From NCBI GenBank assembly GCA_049510975.1, contig JBEKYM010000007.1:83410-147409 (forward strand): a stretch of 64,000 nucleotides of DNA, in the 5' to 3' direction. The notes under the pieces are model-generated. The model had not been told where the DNA came from, made no database searches, and worked only from the letters and a program-made list of their open reading frames with translations. Below are positions 55,155-63,476 of the stretch, piece after piece. Source of the stretch: Acidimicrobiales bacterium. GTDB taxonomy: Bacteria > Actinomycetota > Acidimicrobiia > Acidimicrobiales > Bog-793. Within the stretch, counting starts at the first letter, position 1. The number at the start of each line of letters is the position of its first letter. Both the position numbers and the translations under genes were made by a program.

Positions 55155-56390
55155 GTGCCACCAACCATCTCCGCGAGCTCGCTCGCTCGCGACCTTGCCC
55201 TCCGAGACCTGACCGATCCCAGCGCCGGCGCTCACGCCATCCAGTTGCTCGTTGCCAACGCAGCCACTGCACTGTGCGCCCGCTGGCGCTGCGAAGCCCG
55301 CTGGAGACGCGGGCGGCGGGTCGTGACGGTGGAGGAGAACTACGACAGGCTGGGTTTCGGCGGTGAGGTCGTCACGCGAGACGCTCGCTACACCCGTTAC
55401 GTGGACGACATCCACATGTTGCGAAGCCACTCGTCGGCCATCGTGCCCGCCGCCCTCGAAGAGCTTGCCTCCGAGGAAGCCAACGGCTTGGCCCCTGACG
55501 ACGTCGTGCTCGTGTGCCCGGGCATCTGCTACCGCCGCGACTCGATCGACTGGCAGCACACCGGCACGCCCCACCAGATGGACCTGTGGAGGGTGTCGCG
55601 GCGGGAATCGCAACAGGCGCTGTGCGACGACGACCTCGACGAGATGATCGACACGCTCTGCCAGGCTCTGGTTCCGGGCCGGCCTTACCGACTCGAGCGC
55701 CGTGAGCACCCCTACACCCTCGCCGGCCGGCAGATCGACGTCGAGTGGGAGGGGACCTGGGTCGAGATCGGTGAGTGCGGCCTGGCCCATCCCGACCTCC
55801 TGCGACGGTGCGGGCTCGGTCGGCAATGGTCCGGCTTGGCGCTCGGCATGGGTCTCGACCGCCTCCTCATGCTCGTGAAGGGGGTCCCCGACATCCGCCT
55901 GCTCCGATCGCTCGACCCGAGAGTGAACGAGCAGATGGCCACCCTCGCCCCCTACCGCCCGACCTCAGGGATGCCGGCGGTTCGCAGGGACCTCTCGATC
56001 GCCGTGGACGCCGGCGAACAGGTGGAGGACCTCGGCGACCGGGTGCGCGAGTCGCTCGGCGAGGACGCCGAGATGGTCGAGGAGGTGCTGATCGTCTCCG
56101 CCACTCCGAGCGAGGAGCTTCCGCAGGCTGCTCGCCGGCGCCTCGGGATCGAAGCCGGCCAGGCCAACCTCCTCGTGCGCGTCACCCTGCGGTCCCTCGA
56201 CCGGACGCTCAGCGACGAGGAGGCGAACGCCTTGCGAGACCGGGTGTACGGCGCGCTGCACCGTGGCCATCGGCACCAATGGGCCAGCCGGGGCGGCTCG
56301 CCGTCATCGGGCGTGGGGCCGCCTGCTGCGGTCAGCCGGGCGCCCGGCAGCCCGCTGGCGCCGCCAGCACTCCGATCCCCGGCCCGGTGA
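55155..56390 (+). CDS. PheS-like class II aminoacyl-tRNA-synthetase-fold protein with C-terminal FDX-ACB domain (stand-alone, no pheT)
   Basis: Lies in ORF 54972..56390. GTG 55155 has GAAGGAG 6 nt upstream. Segments are VVTVEENYDRLGF, HMLRSHSS, the motif 2-like PGICYRRDSIDWQHTGTPHQMDLW and the motif 3-like GLALGMGLDRLLML. The C-terminal RRDLSIAVD...LLVRVTLRSLDRTLSDEEANALRDRV is FDX-ACB-like. Confidence 0.75.
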   Translation: MPPTISASSLARDLALRDLTDPSAGAHAIQLLVANAATALCARWRCEARWRRGRRVVTVEENYDRLGFGGEVVTRDARYTRYVDDIHMLRSHSSAIVPAALEELASEEANGLAPDDVVLVCPGICYRRDSIDWQHTGTPHQMDLWRVSRRESQQALCDDDLDEMIDTLCQALVPGRPYRLERREHPYTLAGRQIDVEWEGTWVEIGECGLAHPDLLRRCGLGRQWSGLALGMGLDRLLMLVKGVPDIRLLRSLDPRVNEQMATLAPYRPTSGMPAVRRDLSIAVDAGEQVEDLGDRVRESLGEDAEMVEEVLIVSATPSEELPQAARRRLGIEAGQANLLVRVTLRSLDRTLSDEEANALRDRVYGALHRGHRHQWASRGGSPSSGVGPPAAVSRAPGSPLAPPALRSPAR

Positions 56391-57567
56391 GCGCGATGTC
56401 GTCGGCTCCGGCCGCGACGACTTCGGTCACCGGGGACTTCGGCGTCGTCGACGCCAGCTCGGCGCCGGTGAGGGGGTCCAGGCAGACGAGCGCCGTCAGC
56501 TCGGACGCCCACACGATGCCGCCCGTGCCGTCAAGGGTGATCGACTCGAGCGTCGCCGCCAGTCCCGTCGGCGTTCCCGGCTCCCCTCCCGCCGGACTGA
56601 GGCCCGGAAGATCGAGGCGCCTCACCTCACTGGAGCCGCCGGTCCCGATTGCGGCAAACAGCCCGTCGGCACCGAAGGCCATCGACTCGACGGCGGCGCC
56701 CGCGTCCAGGTCGTCCACCGCCACAACCGCACCGGAAGCGTCGTCCAGCAGCTCGATCCGTCCTCCCGTGGCGGCTCCCGAGGAGCCTGGATCGAACAGG
56801 CTGACGGCCACATCGGGCGACGAGTCACTGACAGCCATGTGCTGAGCGATCGAGGATCCGAACGAGGCGAGCCGCCGCCACGAGAGCGAGCGGCCTTGCA
56901 CCGCCAACAGCGAGCTTCCCGTCGATGCGAGCACCTCTCCGCCGGTGCCCACGAGGAAGAGTCCGTAGCCTCGGCCGAGCGACCGCGAACCGAGCACGCG
57001 TAGCGTCGACGGATCCAAGCGATACAGGGTCAGCACGTAGGGCCCGGCGTCCGTCGGGCCGGCGAGATCGAGGCGGGCCGTCCCGACGTAGAGTGACCCG
57101 CCGGCGAGCGTCAGGCTGCTCGTGAGCAACGCCGCCCGCGCGAAACCCCCCGACACCGCCTCGACCCTCCCATTGACGGCGAGCTCGAGCACGCGGAGCT
57201 CGGTCTCTTGTGCGCCACACGCCTGCAACGCGTACAGCGACGAGCTCGAGGCCGTCACCGACGCGAATGTGCCCGCCACGAGCAGGTTGTAGGGCCACCC
57301 GCCGACCTGGCTCGAAGCGATGGCCGAAGGCGGCGCGTCAGGGGCCGTGCAGGTGGCGGCCGGGCTGTGAACGGCCGAGTGACGGTCGGAGCGGGCGAGG
57401 ATGGCGCCGATGCCCGTCCATCCCGTGACGACGACGAGCGCCACGACCACCACGAGGGTGACGATGGAACGGTGCCGATCGGCCGAGCGCACCACCGCGC
57501 GGAGCCGTCCTCGATCCCCGCCGCCGAGCGCCCGCGCCGCACGAGCGGCATGTGCCTGCTCGTCCAC
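56332..57567 (-). CDS. Membrane-anchored protein with repetitive beta-rich (propeller-like) ectodomain, function unknown
   Basis: 411 aa. An N-terminal TM helix (IVTLVVVVALVVVTGWTGIGAIL) is followed by repeated Gly/Ser/Leu/Ala-rich strands. I recognised no motif. Confidence 0.5.
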   Translation of the reverse strand: MDEQAHAARAARALGGGDRGRLRAVVRSADRHRSIVTLVVVVALVVVTGWTGIGAILARSDRHSAVHSPAATCTAPDAPPSAIASSQVGGWPYNLLVAGTFASVTASSSSLYALQACGAQETELRVLELAVNGRVEAVSGGFARAALLTSSLTLAGGSLYVGTARLDLAGPTDAGPYVLTLYRLDPSTLRVLGSRSLGRGYGLFLVGTGGEVLASTGSSLLAVQGRSLSWRRLASFGSSIAQHMAVSDSSPDVAVSLFDPGSSGAATGGRIELLDDASGAVVAVDDLDAGAAVESMAFGADGLFAAIGTGGSSEVRRLDLPGLSPAGGEPGTPTGLAATLESITLDGTGGIVWASELTALVCLDPLTGAELASTTPKSPVTEVVAAGADDIALTGPGIGVLAAPAGCRAPG

Positions 57568-57671
57568 CGCCCTTGCCCCTTTCGAACAACGTTTCGACTG
57601 TCAGTGTAGGGACGCCGCCCGGCGCCACTTTCTTGCAGGACTCCGAGCGGGACCGCTCGCCTTCCCGTTGT

Positions 57672-58532
57672 TCAGGGACGTCGGGGAGGGCCTGCCGCCA
57701 TCCGGTCGAAGACCGCCGACACCGACTCGTCGGCGCGCACCGTCTCGAGCCACCAGGTGGCGCCGGCGTTCTCGAGCTGATGGAGGCGCTCGAGGTCCGC
57801 CTCGGCCCACCTCGGACCGAGGGAGCCCCGCAGCACGAGGTCGTGCTCAGGCGCAGCGCCGAGACGTCGGAGCTCGTCTTTGATGTCGCGCACGTCGGCC
57901 GTGCTCGGCAAGGCGTCCGAACCGCGTTGATCGGCGAAGACGGGCAGGATGCCGTCCAGGTGGGCCGCTCGGCGTAGCGGTGTCCGCCGCGGCCACTCGG
58001 CGCTCACCCAGACCGGAACCCGGGGCGTTTGCAACGGTGTCGGCAGGAACGGTGCCGAGTCGACCTGCATCCACTTGCCTTCATGACGAACGGGACGACC
58101 GGACCAGCACTGCAGGAGCACGGCCAGCGACTCGTCGAACAGCGAGGCGCGAGCATCCTCCTCCTCGTCGTGAGCAGCACGCCCGGCTGGCAGGGCGAGG
58201 TTCTCGTGCCAACTCGCGTAACCGAGGCCCGTCGCGAAGATGAGCCGGCCGTGCGTCAGGTGGTCGAGGACGGCCGACTGCCGCGCCAGCACCCATGGAC
58301 GACGTCGGTCGGCCACCGGGGTGACGAGGCCGAGGCGCAGTCGTTTCGTGATGGAGGAGATGGCGGCGAGCGCGATGCAGGCGTCGGCCACCGGCACGGC
58401 GTCGCCGTACTCGGCAAGGTCCGACACGAACAACCCGTCCCAGCCAGCTCGCTCCGCCTCCACGGCAATGTCGACCACCCGCGAAGCATCCGCGAACTCG
58501 CCAAAGAGCGGCAGAAACCCGCCGTACTTCAT
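57672..58532 (-). CDS. LLM-class (luciferase-like) flavin/F420-dependent oxidoreductase
   Basis: 286 aa. The protein reads MKYGGFLPLFGEFA...AERAGWDGLFVSD...RLRLGLVTPVADRRRPWVLARQ...GRLIFATGLGY. Confidence 0.8.
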   Translation of the reverse strand: MKYGGFLPLFGEFADASRVVDIAVEAERAGWDGLFVSDLAEYGDAVPVADACIALAAISSITKRLRLGLVTPVADRRRPWVLARQSAVLDHLTHGRLIFATGLGYASWHENLALPAGRAAHDEEEDARASLFDESLAVLLQCWSGRPVRHEGKWMQVDSAPFLPTPLQTPRVPVWVSAEWPRRTPLRRAAHLDGILPVFADQRGSDALPSTADVRDIKDELRRLGAAPEHDLVLRGSLGPRWAEADLERLHQLENAGATWWLETVRADESVSAVFDRMAAGPPRRP

Positions 58533-58613
58533 AGCTATAACGATAGAGGCCCTGGCAGCCCACTCGGTCGCGGAGCCTCGACGACCCGTGCGACGGGCCC
58601 CACGATCGGGCGC

Positions 58614-59465
58614 TCAGCGAATTGTCGGCGGTCCTGCCACCACTCGGTCGAAGATCGAGGATGGCGCTTCTTCGCGTCCGAAGCTCTCGAGCCACCAGGT
58701 GGCGCCGGCGTTCGAGAACACGCGCAAGCGCTCCAGTGCTTCGTCGGTCCACTTCGGACCGAGGGCGCCACGGAGCACGAGATCGTGCTGCGGCGGCGCC
58801 CCGAGGCGGCGGAGCTCGTCGCGGATCTTGCTCACCTCGGAGGGGTCCGGCGGCACGAGGTAGTCGCGCTCGTCCACGAAGATGGGCAGAACGCCATCGA
58901 CATGGGCGGCGCGGCGCAGCGGGTTCGCCCGCGGCCAGCGGGCGCTGACCCAGACAGGGATTCGCGGCTGCTGCACCGGCGTCGGCAGGAACGGCGCCGA
59001 GTCGACGTGCAACCACGAGCCGTCGTGACGGACCGGCTTGCCCGACCAGAACTGCAACAGGACCGCCATCGACTCGTCGAGGAGCGTCTGGCGTTGCCCC
59101 TCGTCCTGGGCGGCCTCGGAGAACGCCGTCAGCTCGCCGAGCCAGCCCTCGTCGCCGAGCCCGGTACCGAAGATCAGCCGTCCGCCGCTCAGGTGATCGA
59201 CTGAGGTCGTCTGGCGCGCCAGCACCCAAGGCCTGCGGCGCGTGAGGGGCGTGACGAGCGGGCCGAGCCGCAGCTTGGACGTGCTCGCGGCGACCGCAGC
59301 CAGGGCGACGAAGGCGTCGCCCACCGGGACGCCCTCGCCTCCGTAGACGTGGTCCCAGAGGAACAATCCGTCCCAGCCGGCATCTTCGGCCTGCCTGGCC
59401 ACATCGACAACGCGGGCTGGGTCGGCGAATTCACCGAAGAGCGGAAGGAAGAGACCGTGTTTCAT
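58614..59465 (-). CDS. LLM-class oxidoreductase, tandem paralog of 57672..58532
   Basis: 283 aa, colinear with its neighbour (MKHGLFLPLFGEFA...AEDAGWDGLFLWD...). The two genes share identical DNA runs such as CTCGAGCCACCAGGTGGCGCCGGCGTT. Confidence 0.8.
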   Translation of the reverse strand: MKHGLFLPLFGEFADPARVVDVARQAEDAGWDGLFLWDHVYGGEGVPVGDAFVALAAVAASTSKLRLGPLVTPLTRRRPWVLARQTTSVDHLSGGRLIFGTGLGDEGWLGELTAFSEAAQDEGQRQTLLDESMAVLLQFWSGKPVRHDGSWLHVDSAPFLPTPVQQPRIPVWVSARWPRANPLRRAAHVDGVLPIFVDERDYLVPPDPSEVSKIRDELRRLGAPPQHDLVLRGALGPKWTDEALERLRVFSNAGATWWLESFGREEAPSSIFDRVVAGPPTIR

Positions 59466-59535
59466 CCGGGCTGACCATAGGGCGCTATCTCCTCGCCGTC
59501 ACGCGACGCAGTCCGGGGCGCCCTAACGTCGGACG

Positions 59536-62427
59536 GTGCTACGAGCCCGCCTCACCCGAGCCGACCGGTGGGCGCTGCTCGTGCTGGTGGCATTGCCGGT
59601 GCTCGTGAACGTCCCGTTCGCCCTCGCCGGGCATCCGGTGCTCGACGGCGACAACCTCACGCAGAACTACCCGCTTCGAGTGTTGGCCGGCCAGCTCATC
59701 GCCCACGGCCGCTTGCCCTTGTGGGATCCGGGCATCTGGAGCGGCGTGCCACTGCTGGCCGGCTGGAACGCCGGCGCCATGTTCCCCGGCACCTGGCTGT
59801 TTGCCATCCTGCCCGGCGTGGCGGCCTATGAGCTCAACGTCGTGGCCGCCGGCGTGGCCTGCGGCGTCGGCTTTCACCTGTTCCTGCGGCGGTCCGGCTG
59901 CTCACCGCTGGCCTCCTTCCTCGGGGCGCTCACTTGGAGCGAGGCGGGTTTCGTGAGCGGTCAGGTCGTCCACCTCGGTCTCATCGAGGGCACTGCGCTC
60001 GCTCCGTGGATCCTCCTCGGGATCGACGGCCTGTTCCGGTGCGCCCGGGCGAGAACGCCCTCGGGCCACTGGATCTGCCTCCTCGGCGCCGCCGGCGGCC
60101 TCACCGTGCTCGCCGGCGACCCGAGAGCCGTCTCGAGCAATGCCATCATCGCCGTGCTCTATCTGGCCGCCCGCTGCTGGCGGGAGCGCCGTGCCGGTGT
60201 GCGCGTGCTGCGGGGTGTCGCCGTCGGGGCGGCCGTCGCCGTCGCCACGAGCGCCGTGCAGTGGCTCCCAGGCCTTGCCTACTTGCAGACGTCACAGCGG
60301 TCGGCGAGCACGCTGGCGCTGTTCGGCTTCTACTCGCTCGGCTGGAACGACCTTCCCTTGCTGTTCATGCCGTATCTGATCGGCGGCAACGGCAACTTCG
60401 GGATGCCGAGCTACGCCGGGCAGTTGAACCTGCCCGAGGTGACCTACGGCGTCGGCATCCTCCCGCTCATCGCCCTGTTCGCACTGCTGCCGAGGTTGCT
60501 GCGACGGGAGCGCCTCTACCGTTCGAGCAAAGCCGAACTGGCGGCGCCACCACCTGATGCCGCCGGCGACGGGCGCCGGCCGGGACTCGCTCTCTGGTAC
60601 GTCATGTTCGTCGTCGGCCTCGTCCTCGCGACGGGCACGAAGACCCCGCTCGGCCACGTCCTCGTGCACGTACCGCTCTACGGCGGCCAACGGGACCAGA
60701 ACCGCAACGCCGCCATCGCCGACTTCGCCCTTGCAGTCCTGCTCGCGGTGTTCGTCGACGCGCTCGCCGGCCAAGTGAGCCGCCGTCGGGCCGAAGCTCG
60801 CCCGGTTGGCCGCGGTTCGTGGCGCTTGGCCGGCGCCGTTCCCGTCATCGTCGTCGTCGGGCTCGTCGTGGCGATGTTCACCTGGACGGGGCCGATGGAG
60901 CGCTGGCTCGGCGTCGACCCCGTTCAGCCGAACCTGCCGTCCTCCATGGCGGCGTACTACGGCGTCGCCGTCGTGATCGCCATCGCCGGCCTCGTCGTGC
61001 TCCTCCGACGAAACTGGCGATCCGCCGACAGCCACCGCCGTGCCGCCGCCGGGGTCGTCCTCGCCGACGTCGCACTGTTCATCGCCATGGCGTCGTACCA
61101 GCCCGTCGCCCTCTCGGTGCTGGCGCCGTCCAATCCGGCGCTCACGGCCGTTCTCGCCCGCCTACCGGCCGGCAGCCGCATCGCCATCGACGATCCTGAC
61201 CAGCTTGCTCTCAGCTCGCCGTCACAACTGACGGACCGACTCGGCGTCAACGACCTCGTGCTCTTGCACGTGATCGACTCCGTGCAGGGTTACGGCTCCG
61301 CAGTCCCGGCCGCCTACGAGACGGCAACTGGCACTCACGATGTCGAGAACCTGCTCCCTGATGCCTTCCTCGGGTCCACCTACGACGACCTCGACCTCGG
61401 CGTCCTCGTCGTCGTGCCCGAACAGTTCGGCACCGTGCTCGCACCCCACGGCCCGGTCCCGGTCCCCACCGGACCGCCGCTCCCCCTCGGCCAGAGCGCC
61501 GCCGACCGCCAACCCAACGGGGTGGCCCGATTCCCGTACCCACCCGCCGGACCCTGGCGCCTCGGCGCCGGCGGGCTCAGCTGGCAGCTGCCCTCCCCGA
61601 CCGAGCTGCCCTCGCTCACCATTGGCTTCGAGCGGCGCTACGGCCCGCTCCCGACGGGGCAACTCGTCGTGTCGCTGCAGCTCGCCGACGGCCGGCGCCT
61701 CTCCGTACGCGGGTCCTGCGTCGCGGGCGAGCTCACACTCGCGCTCCCGGTGGAAGCCGAGCGTGCCGGCGGCGGCGTGCTCGCCGTCACGGTGAACGCC
61801 GCGGGGGCGGACCTGCGCGCCGGCGAGCCCGTCGTCGGTACCGTCGTGGTCACCGCGGATGTGGCCAGTGCTCCCCTCGCACTTCGACAGCCGTCCGACG
61901 GCACCGTCCGATATGCCCTCAACGGGCTCTTGCAGGGTCTGCTCACACCGCCCCACTGGGTCTATGCCGGCCGGGTCGGGCCCCTCGTTCTCTACCGCGA
62001 CACGCGGGCGCGGGGTCAGGCCTGGCTCGAGGCCTACGGTGCCACCGATCCGTCGGCGCCGAGCGTCGACGGAGCCGTGAGCGTCCCGGTGGTAGCCCGC
62101 TGGCAGGACCCGGTCACGATCGTCGAGGTTCCCGCACCGAGCGAGCTCGTGCGCAGCGAGCAGTACTCCGCCGGGTGGACGGCCACCCTGCAGCCCATCA
62201 CCGCCGCGGGCGCCGACGCCGGGGGCGTCACCCTCACCCGGGATGTTCAGGCAGTGGGCCTCCTCCAGGGCGTGGCGGTCCCGGCCGGCCGCTACCGCGT
62301 CACGTGGCACTATCGCTCGGCGCGAGCAGAGATCGGTCTCGCACTGGCGGCTGCTGGAACGATCGCCTGCGCCTGCCTCGCCGCCGCCGGCCTTGTCTCG
62401 CGACGCCGGCGACTGGCCTCCCGTTAG
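59536..62427 (+). CDS. Large polytopic membrane protein, YfhO-like (putative glycosyltransferase-C fold)
   Basis: 963 aa. The N-terminus reads DGDNLTQNYPLRVLAGQLIAHGRLPLWDPGIWSGVPLLA, followed by more than 10 TM segments and a soluble C-terminal region of about 400 aa ending in a final TM segment. Confidence 0.6.
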   Translation: MLRARLTRADRWALLVLVALPVLVNVPFALAGHPVLDGDNLTQNYPLRVLAGQLIAHGRLPLWDPGIWSGVPLLAGWNAGAMFPGTWLFAILPGVAAYELNVVAAGVACGVGFHLFLRRSGCSPLASFLGALTWSEAGFVSGQVVHLGLIEGTALAPWILLGIDGLFRCARARTPSGHWICLLGAAGGLTVLAGDPRAVSSNAIIAVLYLAARCWRERRAGVRVLRGVAVGAAVAVATSAVQWLPGLAYLQTSQRSASTLALFGFYSLGWNDLPLLFMPYLIGGNGNFGMPSYAGQLNLPEVTYGVGILPLIALFALLPRLLRRERLYRSSKAELAAPPPDAAGDGRRPGLALWYVMFVVGLVLATGTKTPLGHVLVHVPLYGGQRDQNRNAAIADFALAVLLAVFVDALAGQVSRRRAEARPVGRGSWRLAGAVPVIVVVGLVVAMFTWTGPMERWLGVDPVQPNLPSSMAAYYGVAVVIAIAGLVVLLRRNWRSADSHRRAAAGVVLADVALFIAMASYQPVALSVLAPSNPALTAVLARLPAGSRIAIDDPDQLALSSPSQLTDRLGVNDLVLLHVIDSVQGYGSAVPAAYETATGTHDVENLLPDAFLGSTYDDLDLGVLVVVPEQFGTVLAPHGPVPVPTGPPLPLGQSAADRQPNGVARFPYPPAGPWRLGAGGLSWQLPSPTELPSLTIGFERRYGPLPTGQLVVSLQLADGRRLSVRGSCVAGELTLALPVEAERAGGGVLAVTVNAAGADLRAGEPVVGTVVVTADVASAPLALRQPSDGTVRYALNGLLQGLLTPPHWVYAGRVGPLVLYRDTRARGQAWLEAYGATDPSAPSVDGAVSVPVVARWQDPVTIVEVPAPSELVRSEQYSAGWTATLQPITAAGADAGGVTLTRDVQAVGLLQGVAVPAGRYRVTWHYRSARAEIGLALAAAGTIACACLAAAGLVSRRRRLASR

Positions 62428-62438
62428 GCTGGCCCGCC

Positions 62439-63350
62439 GTGCGCTTCGTCATCTGGATCGGTACCGAGCACCCGTGGCCGGAGGTCGCCGAGACGGCGCG
62501 GGCGGCTGATGCCTCCGGATGGGACGGCATCTACCTCGCCGACCATTTCATGCCGAACGAGACACCCACGGGGCTCGGCTCGCGCCTGGAGGCATGGACC
62601 GCCCTCGGGGCGATCGGCGCCATCACCGATCGCGCCCGCCTCGGCGTCCTCGTGACCGGTAACACCTACCGGCACCCGGCGATCCTCGCCAACATGGCGG
62701 CAACGACCGACCGCATCAGCCAAGGACGCACGATCCTTGGCCTCGGCGCCGGCTGGCAGGCCAACGAGCACGAGGCCTACGGCATCGACTTGTACGAGGT
62801 TCCCGAGCGCCTCGCTCGCCTGGACGAAGCTTGTCAGGTCGTCCGCATGCTCCTCACCGAGGAACGGTCGAACTTCGAGGGCCACTACTACCGCCTCGAG
62901 GACGCACCCTGCGAACCGAAACCGATCCAGCCTCGTCTCCCCCTCCTACTCGGGACTTCGGGCGAGCAGGTGGGCATGCGCATCGCCGCCCGTCACGCCG
63001 ATATCTGGAATTGCTGGGGCACTCCCGAGACGATGGGCCACAAGGTCTCGGTCTTCGACGCCCACTGCGAAGCCGTCTCCCGCGACCCGGCTTCGGTCGA
63101 ACGCTCGACCCAGGCGATGGTGTTCTCGAGCGACGACCCGAGTGAGCTGGCGCGGTGGCGGGAACGGGACTTTCCCATGCCGGCGCTCGTCGGCTCACCG
63201 GCGGAGATCACCGAGCGTCTCGGAGCCTACGAGCGCCTCGGGATCGACGAGTTCGTCGTCCTCGACCGCACGCTCGGGAGTGAGCTGAGCGCCCGCCTCG
63301 AGCACATGGAGGCGTTTCTCGAGAATGTGGCGGCACCGCTGAGGCACTGA
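62439..63350 (+). CDS. LLM-class F420-dependent oxidoreductase
   Basis: This is the 3' part of ORF 62175..63350, starting at GTG 62439. Segments include GWDGIYLADHF, LGVLVTGNTYRHPAILANMAATTDRISQGRTILGLGAGW and GSPAEITERLGAYERLGIDEFVV. Confidence 0.8.
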   Translation: MRFVIWIGTEHPWPEVAETARAADASGWDGIYLADHFMPNETPTGLGSRLEAWTALGAIGAITDRARLGVLVTGNTYRHPAILANMAATTDRISQGRTILGLGAGWQANEHEAYGIDLYEVPERLARLDEACQVVRMLLTEERSNFEGHYYRLEDAPCEPKPIQPRLPLLLGTSGEQVGMRIAARHADIWNCWGTPETMGHKVSVFDAHCEAVSRDPASVERSTQAMVFSSDDPSELARWRERDFPMPALVGSPAEITERLGAYERLGIDEFVVLDRTLGSELSARLEHMEAFLENVAAPLRH

Positions 63351-63360
63351 GCTCGGCTGC

Positions 63361-63474
63361 CGGGCCGGGACGCCGGCGTGCCAGCCGGGACGATTGGGCG
63401 TGCCAGCCGGGACGCCGGCGTGCCAGCCGGGACGACTGGCGTGCCAGCCGGGACGACTGGCGTGCCAGACTGGC
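63361..63474. repeat. Tandem repeat, ~21-bp unit GTGCCAGCCGGGACGACTGGC, about 5 copies
   Basis: The units start at 63378, 63400, 63420 and 63441, each 20-22 nt. A degenerate copy precedes them from 63361 and a partial copy follows at 63462-63474. The array ends 2 nt before the ATG at 63477. Confidence 0.9.
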
Positions 63475-63476
63475 GC

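Noticed and set aside
63361-63474. Possible CRISPR array.
   Set aside because: The repeats are contiguous with no unique spacers, the unit is only ~21 bp, and no cas genes are nearby. It is a simple tandem repeat.
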